Assembly: GCA_900752975.1 (NCBI GenBank)
Contig: CAADXH010000098.1
Coordinates: 58 to 64,057, forward strand
DNA length: 64,000 nucleotides
From: Bacilli bacterium
Lineage (GTDB): Bacteria > Bacillota_I > Bacilli_A > ML615J-28 > CAG-313
Reading direction: 5' to 3'
Made by a program: the position numbers and the translations under genes
Notes under the pieces: generated by a model
Seen by the model: the letters and a program-made list of their open reading frames with translations, nothing else
The model's database searches: none
Told to the model about the DNA's origin: nothing
Part shown: positions 51,495 to 60,782 of the stretch, one piece after another
How positions within the stretch are numbered: position 1 is the stretch's first letter
Layout of the letters: each line of letters begins with the position of its first letter

Positions 51495-51746
51495 TTATTT
51501 GATAAGGGGAGCGACCTTTTCATTCCATAATTTTTGAATAGTATCTACAGTAATGCCCGTATAGATATCATCGTTAATAAAGATTGTCACACCTATACGG
51601 TTACATTTACCTGCACAAAAGCTACCTGATAGTAAGATCTTATCACTTAAATTTTCACTTTCAATTTTTTTTGACAAAAATTCAACAATCTCTGGTGCTT
51701 TTTTAAGAAAACAAGAACTTCCTATACATACTTTTATTTCAATCAT
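51495..51746 (-). CDS. Thioredoxin-like [2Fe-2S] ferredoxin (NuoE-like small protein), copy 2
   Basis: 83 aa with the Cys pattern CIGSSC...CAGKC. Paralog of the upstream gene. Confidence 0.7.
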   Translation of the reverse strand: MIEIKVCIGSSCFLKKAPEIVEFLSKKIESENLSDKILLSGSFCAGKCNRIGVTIFINDDIYTGITVDTIQKLWNEKVAPLIK

Positions 51747-51991
51747 TTCTTTAATCTTCCTAATACTTCTTTTTCAAAAAACTCATTTACAGTTTCAGGA
51801 GATACAGAATATAATTCATCATTTACAGTTACACATACTCCACATTGACACTTCCCCATACAGAAAGTACCATTCAATTCTACTTCATCGCCTAAGTTAT
51901 TTTTTGCAATTAAATATTGTAATTGTTCAACTACTTGTCTTGATCCTTTAATATGGCATGAACTACCGATACATACAGTTACTTTAATCAT
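51743..51991 (-). CDS. Thioredoxin-like [2Fe-2S] ferredoxin (NuoE-like small protein), copy 1
   Basis: 82 aa with the Cys pattern CIGSSCHIKG...CMGKCQCGVC. A 4-nt ATGA overlap with the next copy. Confidence 0.7.
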   Translation of the reverse strand: MIKVTVCIGSSCHIKGSRQVVEQLQYLIAKNNLGDEVELNGTFCMGKCQCGVCVTVNDELYSVSPETVNEFFEKEVLGRLKK

Positions 51992-52009
51992 TTTAATTTC
52001 CTCCTAATA

Positions 52010-52759
52010 TTATTCGTAATCTACTACATTAACCCAAGAAAGTAAGAATTCTCTTTCTTTCTCGTTACCTTTAACTGATTGTGAAGCCGCAACAATTGGA
52101 AGCCATCTTTGGATATCTTTCTTTGATACATTGCTCTTGTTGCAGTAAACTTCTAAATATTTTTCAGCACCAGTTAAATCACCTGATAACCAGAATAAAA
52201 GATATGTTCTTGCGGCATCGGCACAAGGATTTCCTTGTGTTGCATGTGACCAGTCAATGATGTAAGCTTCACCATCATCTGCGATAATAACATTAGATGG
52301 GTTGAAATCACCATGACATAAAGCATTACCTTTAGGCATACTTTCTAGACGTGTGTGTAAATCATATTTAGTAGTAGCGTTAATATCAGCTAAATTAATT
52401 TTGCGATTCATTTTATCTTTAAGTTTAGTAAGAAGTGGGCAAGTATTAGCTTGAACCATTAGTTGTAATTCAACAAATTTAGCCATATACTCATCTTTTT
52501 TCTTAGGGAATTTTTCCATTAATTGTGCTAATGTATTACCTTTTATGAATTCAGTAACGATAGCCCATTTACCATCAACCATAGATATTTCTTCGATTTT
52601 TGGAACGTTAATATCTAATTCTTCAACTCTTGCTTGGTTTAAAGCTTCGTTTAAAATATCAGCTTTTGAGTAGTTTTCATTGAACACTTTAACACATTTA
52701 TCGCCATCTTTATAGATAGTTTTTGCATTTCTAACAGCTATAATTTTTTCTAGATTCAT
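52010..52759 (-). CDS. Phosphotransferase-family (APH/ChoK-fold) kinase
   Basis: Catalytic loop HGDFNPSNVII and IDWSHA, the Brenner/APH motif. 249 aa. RBS GAGGAAG lies 17 nt after the adhE stop. Confidence 0.7.
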   Translation of the reverse strand: MNLEKIIAVRNAKTIYKDGDKCVKVFNENYSKADILNEALNQARVEELDINVPKIEEISMVDGKWAIVTEFIKGNTLAQLMEKFPKKKDEYMAKFVELQLMVQANTCPLLTKLKDKMNRKINLADINATTKYDLHTRLESMPKGNALCHGDFNPSNVIIADDGEAYIIDWSHATQGNPCADAARTYLLFWLSGDLTGAEKYLEVYCNKSNVSKKDIQRWLPIVAASQSVKGNEKEREFLLSWVNVVDYE

Positions 52760-52776
52760 ACTTTCTTCCTCGCTTT

Positions 52777-55485
52777 CTATTTAACTATTCTCTTATCTTT
52801 TTTATAAAGTTTTTTAAAATCGTTTTTATCTTCTGGGATAAAATCATTCTCATCTTGAGTTGGAACAGCTTTTTCAACAAATGTTTTACCATAATATGCA
52901 TTTAGATACATTTGTTTAATTTCACTCATTAGAGGATATCGAGGGTTAGCACCTGTGCATTGGTCATCAAATGCTTGTTCAACCATTGCATCTAGACGGT
53001 CTAAGAAATCTTTTTCATCAGGTACATAATCTTTGATTGTTGGTTTGATACCAATTTTAACTTTTAATTCATCAATAGCTTTAATTAAATTTTCAACTTT
53101 TTCTTGATCAGTTTTTCCACCGAAGCCTAAAGCTTCACTAACTTCGGCATAACGCCTTAATGTATGTGGATGATCATATTGAGGGAAAGTACCCATCTTA
53201 GCAGGAACTTCGGCTGAATTAAATCTAATTACTTCATCAATCATTAGTGCATTTGCAATACCGTGAGGTAAATGATGGAAGGCACCAAGTTTATGAGCCA
53301 TAGAGTGACAAACCCCTAGAAATGCATTTGCGAAAGCCATACCTGCCATTGTTGCAGCATTAGCCATTTTTTCACGTGCTTCAGGATCATGTGGACCATC
53401 ATTGTATGCTCTAGGTAGATATTCAAATATTACTTTTAATGATTGAATAGCTAAACCATCAGTATAGTCAGTTGCCATAAGTGATGCATAAGCTTCAAGA
53501 CAGTGTGTAACAGCATCAATACCAGATGCAGATGTCAAACCTTTAGGAGCTGTCATATGGAAGTCAGCATCAACGATTGCCATCTTAGGTAATAATTCAT
53601 AATCAGCAAGTGGATATTTAACACCTGTTGCCTCATCAGTAATAACCGCAAATGGAGTTACTTCTGAGCCAGTACCAGCTGATGTTGGGATAGCGATAAA
53701 GTATGCTTTTTCACCCATCTTAGGGAATGTATAAATACGTTTACGAATATCCATGAAACGCATTGCCATATCTAAGAAGTCTACTTCTGGATGTTCATAT
53801 AATACCCACATAATCTTTGCAGCATCCATAGCAGAACCGCCACCTAAAGCAATAATGCAGTCAGGCTTGAATGATGTCATTTGTTCAGCACCACGTTTTG
53901 CACATGCAAGTGTTGGGTCAGGTTCTACATCAAAGAATACAGCATATTCCATATCCATTTCTTTTAATTTTTCAATAATTGGGTTTGCATTACCATTAGT
54001 ATATAGGAATTTATCAGTTACGATAAATGCACGTTTTTTATTCATTACATGTTTTAATTCATCTAAGGCAACTGGTAAGCAGCCTTTCTTAATATAGACT
54101 TTTTCTGGAGCTCTAAACCAAAGCATATTTTCCCTTCTTTCGGCAATAGTTTTAATATTGATTAAGTGTTTTACACCAACGTTTTCTGAAACACTGTTTC
54201 CACCCCATGAACCACAACCTAAAGTTAGTGATGGTGCAAGTTTAAAGTTATAAATGTCACCAATACCGCCTTGAGATGAAGGAGTATTAACAAGAATACG
54301 ACAAGTTTTCATTCTTTCTGAGAATTCTTTAAGTTTTTCTTGTTCAGTTATTGTATTTAAATAAATTGAAGAAGTGTGACCATATCCACCATCAGCAATT
54401 AATCTTTCAGCTTTTTGGAAGGCATCTTCAATGTCTTTCGCATGATACATTGCTAGAACTGGTGATAGTTTTTCATGAGCAAATTCTTCTGATAAATCAA
54501 CTGATTCAACTTCACCAATTAAAATCTTAGTACCTTCTGGAACATTAACATGAGCCAAACTAGCAATTGTTGCGGCTGATTGACCTACGATTTTAGCATT
54601 TAAAGCACCATTAATAATAATTGTCTTACGTACTTTATTTAGTTCTTCTTCATTTAAGAAATAGCAACCACGATTCATAAATTCATCTTTAACAGCTTCG
54701 TAAACGCCATCTAAAACGATTACTGATTGTTCAGATGCACAAATCATACCATTATCAAAAGTTTTTGAATGAATGATTGAGTTAACTGCAAGTACGATGT
54801 CTGCACTGTCATCAATGATAGCAGGAGTGTTACCTGCACCAACACCAACGGCAGGTTTACCAGATGAATAAGCAGCTCTAACCATACCAGGTCCACCAGT
54901 AGCAAGAATAATATCGGCTTCTTTCATAACTGTATTTGTAAGTTCAAGACTTGGAACATCAATCCATCCAATGATTCCTTCAGGGGCACCAGCAGCAACA
55001 GCAGCTTCTAGAACTATCTTTGCGGCAGCAATTGTTGATTTTTTAGCTCTTGGATGTGGGCTAATAATAATACCATTTCTAGTCTTTAATGCAAGTAATG
55101 ATTTGAAGATTGCAGTTGAAGTTGGATTTGTTGTTGGAATAACTGCAGCAATAACTCCGATTGGTTCTGCTACTTTTTTAATACCATAAGCTTTGTCTTC
55201 TTCAATAACACCACAAGTTTTTTCATAGCGATATTTATTGTAAATATACTCTGAAGCATAATGGTTTTTAATAACTTTATCCTCTACAACACCCATCCCT
55301 GTTTCCTCTACTGCCATTTTAGCAAGTTCAATACGTGCCTTATTTGCAGCAAGAGAAGCTGCTAAAAAGATTTTATCAACTTGTTCTTGTGTGTAAGTTG
55401 CATACTTCTTTTGAGCATTTCTAATTTCAGCAAGTCTTTGTGATAGTGTTTCTAAACTATCAACTACTAAATAATCTTTTTTCAT
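52777..55485 (-). CDS. adhE: Bifunctional aldehyde/alcohol dehydrogenase
   Basis: 902 aa with an N-terminal ALDH domain and a C-terminal Fe-ADH domain. N-terminus MKKDYLVVDSLETLSQRLAEIRNAQKKYA is typical. Confidence 0.95.
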   Translation of the reverse strand: MKKDYLVVDSLETLSQRLAEIRNAQKKYATYTQEQVDKIFLAASLAANKARIELAKMAVEETGMGVVEDKVIKNHYASEYIYNKYRYEKTCGVIEEDKAYGIKKVAEPIGVIAAVIPTTNPTSTAIFKSLLALKTRNGIIISPHPRAKKSTIAAAKIVLEAAVAAGAPEGIIGWIDVPSLELTNTVMKEADIILATGGPGMVRAAYSSGKPAVGVGAGNTPAIIDDSADIVLAVNSIIHSKTFDNGMICASEQSVIVLDGVYEAVKDEFMNRGCYFLNEEELNKVRKTIIINGALNAKIVGQSAATIASLAHVNVPEGTKILIGEVESVDLSEEFAHEKLSPVLAMYHAKDIEDAFQKAERLIADGGYGHTSSIYLNTITEQEKLKEFSERMKTCRILVNTPSSQGGIGDIYNFKLAPSLTLGCGSWGGNSVSENVGVKHLINIKTIAERRENMLWFRAPEKVYIKKGCLPVALDELKHVMNKKRAFIVTDKFLYTNGNANPIIEKLKEMDMEYAVFFDVEPDPTLACAKRGAEQMTSFKPDCIIALGGGSAMDAAKIMWVLYEHPEVDFLDMAMRFMDIRKRIYTFPKMGEKAYFIAIPTSAGTGSEVTPFAVITDEATGVKYPLADYELLPKMAIVDADFHMTAPKGLTSASGIDAVTHCLEAYASLMATDYTDGLAIQSLKVIFEYLPRAYNDGPHDPEAREKMANAATMAGMAFANAFLGVCHSMAHKLGAFHHLPHGIANALMIDEVIRFNSAEVPAKMGTFPQYDHPHTLRRYAEVSEALGFGGKTDQEKVENLIKAIDELKVKIGIKPTIKDYVPDEKDFLDRLDAMVEQAFDDQCTGANPRYPLMSEIKQMYLNAYYGKTFVEKAVPTQDENDFIPEDKNDFKKLYKKDKRIVK

Positions 55486-55502
55486 AACCTTTGTTCTCCT
55501 TT

Positions 55503-56129
55503 TTAATTATTATTTATTTCAACTGCAAGCATTGTTAATAACGATGTTATATCAACATTTTTCACATTTATTTTTTCATCTACATCTAATTTTTGATTTG
55601 TAAAATTTAGAATGCCTTTAATTCCACTACCAGCAATTAATTGGCATACTTCTTTTGCACTATCTGATGAAACAGCTAGTACTCCAATTTTGACATTATT
55701 TTCCATACAAAATTTTTGAACATTGCCGATGGACTGTACTTGAAGATCCCCAAAAGCTTTGCCAATTTTATTTTTATCATTATCAAAGATACCTATTATC
55801 TTAAAGCCTTGGTCTTTAAAGCCTTGATACTTGACTAATGCTTCGCCAATTTTTCCTGCTCCAACTACAATCACATTTGTTACGTCGTCAGTTCGAACCA
55901 AGCGTTCTAAATCGGTTTTTAATTCTTCAGTTACATACCCTATTTTAGGTTTGCCATTACCGGAAATTAAGTTTAAGTCTTTTCTAACTTGTACTTCACC
56001 AAGATTTAAATCGGTTGCCATCATTTTGGAAGATACCATTTTTACATCAAGGTTTACAAGTTGATTTAAATAATTAAGATATAGTGGAATTCTTTCAACC
56101 ACTGACCTTGGTATTTTCTTATTACACAT
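55503..56129 (-). CDS. rex: Redox-sensing transcriptional repressor Rex
   Basis: N-terminal winged helix (IPRSVVERIPLYLNYL) plus Rossmann GAGKIG. 208 aa. Only 17 nt upstream of adhE. Confidence 0.9.
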   Translation of the reverse strand: MCNKKIPRSVVERIPLYLNYLNQLVNLDVKMVSSKMMATDLNLGEVQVRKDLNLISGNGKPKIGYVTEELKTDLERLVRTDDVTNVIVVGAGKIGEALVKYQGFKDQGFKIIGIFDNDKNKIGKAFGDLQVQSIGNVQKFCMENNVKIGVLAVSSDSAKEVCQLIAGSGIKGILNFTNQKLDVDEKINVKNVDITSLLTMLAVEINNN

Positions 56130-56153
56130 ATAAAAAGCATCCTTTCTACAAAT

Positions 56154-56182
56154 ATTATACCAAAAAACATAACATTTGTAAA
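56154..56182 (-). promoter_or_regulatory. Promoter upstream of rex (TTTACA-17-TGgTATAAT)
   Basis: -35 at 56177-56182, extended -10 at 56154-56159 on the minus strand, and an RBS AAAGGA. Confidence 0.45.
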
Positions 56183-56192
56183 ATACTAAAAA

Positions 56193-56225
56193 AGTATATC
56201 GATATATCGTTATCGATATATTAGT
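56193..56225 (-). terminator. AT-rich palindrome cluster between lysR and rex (weak terminator or operator)
   Basis: gtATATCGATATATCGttATCGATATATtag contains the perfect palindromes CGATATATCG and TATCGATA, with U6 following on the minus strand. Confidence 0.3.
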
Positions 56226-56227
56226 AT

Positions 56228-57154
56228 TTATTTATAACTGTTTTTACGTTTACTCTCACAAAGTTTGGTTATAAATTCATTATCTAGGCTACTTAACACA
56301 TATGATTTTCGGTATATTAAAACATCTTTATATTTTTTAACATTATCAGCACATGCTTTTTGAATTAATCCATATCGTTTAAGTGTAATTTCTGGTATTG
56401 GTGATACCCACATAAAAGTATTAGCATTATTTGCTAGAAGTTCAAACTGGCTAGCTCGTTCAAAAACAAAGATTCTTTTATTAATACCTTCACTAAAGGC
56501 ACTCTTAGATACTTCAGTAACAGGAAGAGAAGGAACATATGGATCGCCATGAGCAATTTCCATCAAGTCTTTTAAGTCTTGTTGCGTAATCTCAGTTAGT
56601 TTTGCTAAAGGGCTATTATTATTGAATACTAAAACATAATTAAATTCATTAATTAGTTCATAATTTAATTCTTTTTTATCAAATAATTCCTTAAAATATT
56701 TATCGTGTTCAGCATAGTACCTAACTATACCTAATTTATAATTCTCTTCCATAATATTATGAATTACCCGATAAGCATTTGTTTCTTTATAAAAAGCTTC
56801 AATATTATCAATATTATTTAACGTTTTAGAAAATTCCATAAAAGCATCAGAAACATAACTGGCTCTTGGTACGGCAATTGAAAAAACGTTTTTCTTTTGT
56901 TGACCTTTAAATATTTTTTCCATTTCATCAAACTGATTTAATAGTCTTTTACTATATTCAACTAAACGTTCACCATCAGGGGTTAGGGCAATTCCTTTTT
57001 TTGTACGTTCAAAAATTGTAATACCAAGATCACTTTCCAAGTCTTTTATGGCTCTAGAAACATTGGGTTGAGCAACATAAAGTCGCTCGGCAGCTTTACT
57101 GATTGAACCTGTTTCTGAAACAGCAATTGCATACTTTAAGTGTAAAATATTCAT
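56228..57154 (-). CDS. LysR-family transcriptional regulator
   Basis: N-terminal HTH ISKAAERLYVAQPNVSRAIKDLE. 308 aa. Confidence 0.85.
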   Translation of the reverse strand: MNILHLKYAIAVSETGSISKAAERLYVAQPNVSRAIKDLESDLGITIFERTKKGIALTPDGERLVEYSKRLLNQFDEMEKIFKGQQKKNVFSIAVPRASYVSDAFMEFSKTLNNIDNIEAFYKETNAYRVIHNIMEENYKLGIVRYYAEHDKYFKELFDKKELNYELINEFNYVLVFNNNSPLAKLTEITQQDLKDLMEIAHGDPYVPSLPVTEVSKSAFSEGINKRIFVFERASQFELLANNANTFMWVSPIPEITLKRYGLIQKACADNVKKYKDVLIYRKSYVLSSLDNEFITKLCESKRKNSYK

Positions 57155-57166
57155 ATGTGTAATCTC

Positions 57167-57706
57167 CTAACATTCAAATTTATTGATAATATTTCCTTCT
57201 AAATCCTTCCAATAAAAGACTTTATCAACAGCTACCATGTAACCATGATAACTATTCTCTTTAGGAATTGAGACAGAACCTGGATTCATGTGTACATAAT
57301 TATCATACTTATCACATTTTTGAACATGCGTATGACCTGAAAGTACAACATCAATTCCTTTAAAAGGAATGTTTTCTACATCATATAAGTGTCCGTGTGT
57401 GGCAAAAATCGTTAAATCGTTAATTGTTAAAATCATATAATCTGCCATTATTGGAAATTCTAAAACCATTTGGTCTACTTCACTGTCACAGTTTCCTCTT
57501 ACACTAATAATTTTATCTTTATATTCATTAAGTAATTTAATTAATTCTTTTGGGTTATAATCATTCGGTAAATCATTACGAGGGCCATGATATAGGATAT
57601 CCCCTAAAAAAATAACCTTATCTGGTTCTTCTTTTTTTATTTGTTCTATTAATTTTTTTCCATAATAAAGGGATCCGTGAATATCTGATGCAATTAACCA
57701 TTTCAT
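57167..57706 (-). CDS. YfcE-like metallophosphoesterase (phosphodiesterase)
   Basis: Motifs DIHG, GDILYHG and GHTH of the MJ0936/YfcE family. 179 aa. Confidence 0.8.
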   Translation of the reverse strand: MKWLIASDIHGSLYYGKKLIEQIKKEEPDKVIFLGDILYHGPRNDLPNDYNPKELIKLLNEYKDKIISVRGNCDSEVDQMVLEFPIMADYMILTINDLTIFATHGHLYDVENIPFKGIDVVLSGHTHVQKCDKYDNYVHMNPGSVSIPKENSYHGYMVAVDKVFYWKDLEGNIINKFEC

Positions 57707-57767
57707 ATTTTTGCTTTATCTCCTAACTTATATATTTTACCATATTATTAAATGAATTGCAATTATT

Positions 57768-57800
57768 AAGAAAAAATAACCTCCATATCAAATGGAGGCT
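57768..57800 (-). terminator. Terminator after the LRR-protein gene
   Basis: Stem acctccat / atggaggc (8 bp, GC-containing) followed by UAUUUUUUCUU on the minus-strand RNA. Confidence 0.55.
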
Positions 57801-57813
57801 ATTTTCAAAGTTA

Positions 57814-60342
57814 TTATTTATATTTTTCTATTATGGTTTTTTCACTAAAAGTATCAGTTTCATATTCCGTTTTTTCATAAACATATACTTTTAAATTTTC
57901 TGGTTTTTTTACCATAAAAGCTTGTGAACCAATGCATTTAAGCGATTTAGGCAAAACAATTTCGCCACATAAACCTGACTGTTGAAAAGCAGCGTATCTA
58001 ATTTCTTCTAATCCTTCCACAAATTTTACGGTTTTTAAACTTTCTTTAAAGACAAATGTACCAAACTCAATTACTTTTAAGTTTTTGCCTAAAGTTATTT
58101 GTTCTAAATTTTCATACCAAGTAAACATTGCATCATTGATCTCATCGATATCATCATCTACAATAACATTTTCTGCACATTCTATTAAGTTTTTAGCTAT
58201 GCGTTTTCCATTTTTCTCGATGACTTCTGTAATTTGTGATAGTTTAACTGGTGCTTTTTTACTTTCAAAATTATTGGTTTTAGAAACATTTTTATCTTTT
58301 TCTTTTCTTAGAGCTCGTTGTTTTCCGGTTTCACCATTTACTTCAATTAGACTATGAAAACTATCATCATAGTATATCGTATCTTTTGAAACAGTAACTT
58401 TCAATAAAGTCGGAAGTTTCACATCAAAAGCGTGAGGTTTTATCTCTTTTAAAGAATTAGGTAATGTAATGTTTCCTGTAATACCAGTTTCATAAAAAGC
58501 ATTAGTTTCAATTACCTCAAGCCCTTCTACAAAATTAACTACTTCAAGATTTCTTAACATATTAAATAATTCTTTAGGTATCACTTTTAAGTTTTTACCT
58601 AAGGTTATTTCTTTTAATTTACTACAGTTCATTAAAGCATTAGGACTAATTTCAATTACTTTATCATCTATTAAAAGTTTAGTACAAACATCAGGAACTT
58701 TAGTAACTAAATAGCCCTTGCCAAGCTTATTTTTTTCACATATATCAAGAATGTTATACACTTTATTAGGGTCTTCTTTTTGATCTTTTGGTTCTTCTAC
58801 TTTGGTTTTGACGGTATTTTTTGTTTTAGTTTCTGTTTTTGTAACTTTTGATGGTGTACTTTCATTTGGCACCTCAACATAAACAAATTGTTTAAATTTA
58901 TGTGTGCGAGTAGGTAAATCTAATTTTTTCCATAGTAAATCTAAATCTTTTTCGGTAAGATCTTCTTCATATTCTTTCATCGCATTATCCATAATTAGAT
59001 TAAATTCACTATTCCAACCATTTCGATTAAACTTTTCATATCTTGAAACAAAGTAATCGTTTACTAAAAATATACAAAAATTAGCGATAGTATATAGTCT
59101 ATCATCAAACGGCTTACGATATCTATCATTATTTATAGTACGATTAACTTCAATTTGTTTACTATATTCATGCAATTCTAAATCTTTATCATTATATGTA
59201 TTTTTAATAAACTCCTCATTATTTATCAAAAAAGTAGTTAACATATCTCTTTTGATATTTAATTGTTCATTAACAATATAAGATGTGCGTATACTTTTTA
59301 CATCATTTTCGATAAGATATGAGTAATAGTATAAACTAAAATCAATTGCTTTATTATAATTGTCATGTATTTTTTTGAAGTTTTCTAAATGCTCTTTTAA
59401 TTTAGGGTATTTTTCAGGTCGTATATATGATTTATTTTGAGGTGGGTTAATACTACCTGTCATCATGTTAGTCATTTTACAAGCAGTTCCATAATCTAAT
59501 CCCGTAGAGCAAAATTCATGAAGAAGATATTCATTAAGTGTACTTTCATAACTTAAATATTTATTATAATAGTTTTGTTTTTTATTATAATAATTCAAGG
59601 CATTCTCATGTCTTCTAATGATTGTACCATATGAAGTAATGAAGCCTTGGATTTGTTTCATTGTTAAACTACTACTATCCCATAGTAATTTTTTCTTTGG
59701 TTCGTTTTTAAATTTAGTAACATCATCATTCAATTCTAGTTTAGTGAATTTATTATATCTTGCATCCATATCCAAATAATACCATAAAGAGGTAATCTTA
59801 GATTCTAGGGTTGAACCAGTTGCATTTATTCCTTCACTATCTAAATACATCTTACAAGCATTATCTATAGCTATATTAAAATCACTTGTGTTACTTTCTT
59901 TAGCAATATATTTTTTTATTATTTTACAATAGCAACCAGATATTTTTTTGCATAAATCACAAGTTTTTTTGACATTCTCTCTACTTGAAAAATACCATTT
60001 CCGATTTCTGTCGGTATCTTCTTCAGGATTTTTTGTCCAATCTAACATAAAATTAATTTCAATTTCTATGTCGTCTATTGCTTTTGCTAAATCATCAAAT
60101 TCATGACTTTGCATATTGATATCTTTTAGTGTCCATTTAAGTAGGGGAATTGTTATATGTAAATATGTGTGTAATGCTTCTCCCAGTTCTAGAGTTGCTT
60201 TCTTAAATGAATTACTAGTGTAATTAATATAGGCCTTTGTTTCATTTAAAGCAAGTTCGTCAACATGTTTTGCGGATGCAAGAGCAAAATACATAGTTTT
60301 AGTATAATACTCTAATCTTTTTTTATCAATACTCATAAGCAT
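57814..60342 (-). CDS. Large protein with C-terminal BspA-type leucine-rich repeats (LRR_5). N-terminal 500 aa unknown. No signal peptide.
   Basis: Repeated units such as ITLGKNLKVIPKELF...EGLEVIETNAF...NITLPNSLKEI (two cassettes). Confidence 0.65.
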   Translation of the reverse strand: MLMSIDKKRLEYYTKTMYFALASAKHVDELALNETKAYINYTSNSFKKATLELGEALHTYLHITIPLLKWTLKDINMQSHEFDDLAKAIDDIEIEINFMLDWTKNPEEDTDRNRKWYFSSRENVKKTCDLCKKISGCYCKIIKKYIAKESNTSDFNIAIDNACKMYLDSEGINATGSTLESKITSLWYYLDMDARYNKFTKLELNDDVTKFKNEPKKKLLWDSSSLTMKQIQGFITSYGTIIRRHENALNYYNKKQNYYNKYLSYESTLNEYLLHEFCSTGLDYGTACKMTNMMTGSINPPQNKSYIRPEKYPKLKEHLENFKKIHDNYNKAIDFSLYYYSYLIENDVKSIRTSYIVNEQLNIKRDMLTTFLINNEEFIKNTYNDKDLELHEYSKQIEVNRTINNDRYRKPFDDRLYTIANFCIFLVNDYFVSRYEKFNRNGWNSEFNLIMDNAMKEYEEDLTEKDLDLLWKKLDLPTRTHKFKQFVYVEVPNESTPSKVTKTETKTKNTVKTKVEEPKDQKEDPNKVYNILDICEKNKLGKGYLVTKVPDVCTKLLIDDKVIEISPNALMNCSKLKEITLGKNLKVIPKELFNMLRNLEVVNFVEGLEVIETNAFYETGITGNITLPNSLKEIKPHAFDVKLPTLLKVTVSKDTIYYDDSFHSLIEVNGETGKQRALRKEKDKNVSKTNNFESKKAPVKLSQITEVIEKNGKRIAKNLIECAENVIVDDDIDEINDAMFTWYENLEQITLGKNLKVIEFGTFVFKESLKTVKFVEGLEEIRYAAFQQSGLCGEIVLPKSLKCIGSQAFMVKKPENLKVYVYEKTEYETDTFSEKTIIEKYK

Positions 60343-60429
60343 CTCCTTAAGTTAATATTTATAGTATTACCATTTTACAATATTATTAGAAATTCAGCAA
60401 CAAATATGAATAATATTATTAATACTTAT

Positions 60430-60649
60430 TTAGTTTGTTGATTGTAATAATTTATTAGCCCTTAAATTCATAAGGATTGCTCCCATAGGTGCGAACATTA
60501 TAATAGCAATTACTGATATTGTAAGTACTAAACTTGCATAATCTTGATTAATATTACTAATCCCAATTAATGATGGAATTCTTATCCTTTTTAAACAAAT
60601 AATTTATAATAATGCATGATAACATTGTTACCACAATACTAAGTAACAT
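60430..60649 (-). pseudogene. Small 2-TM membrane protein ORF with an apparent +1 frameshift (32 aa plus 57 aa in the adjacent frame)
   Basis: AGGAGGttttATG then MLLSIVVTMLSCIIINYLFKKDKNSIINWD*. The +1 frame continues LIGISNINQDYASLVLTISVIAIIMFAPMGAILMNLRANKLLQSTN*. The shift lies within an AAAAA/TTT-rich patch. Confidence 0.25.
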
Positions 60650-60660
60650 AAAACCTCCTA

Positions 60661-60712
60661 AAAGTTGAAAAAGCTAATGACACCACTAGCTTATTCACCA
60701 GATGTCATTAGC
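60661..60712 (-). terminator. Terminator after pckA
   Basis: Perfect 10-bp stem gctaatgaca / tgtcattagc with a 20-nt loop, followed by UUUUUCAACUUUU on the minus-strand RNA. Confidence 0.55.
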
Positions 60713-60782
60713 ATTATTATGCGGTTTTGTATTTAACTATAAATACAAGGAAGCACATCATTTCCTATAATATTAAATTTTA

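Noticed and set aside
55486-56227. Rex operator (TTGTGAA-N4-TTCACAA or TTGTTAA-N4-TTAACAA) upstream of rex/adhE and hydCBA
   Set aside because: No full palindromic match was found by eye. Only a single half-site-like TTTGTAAAATA sits between the -35 and -10 of the rex promoter. A matrix scan would be needed, so no site is reported.
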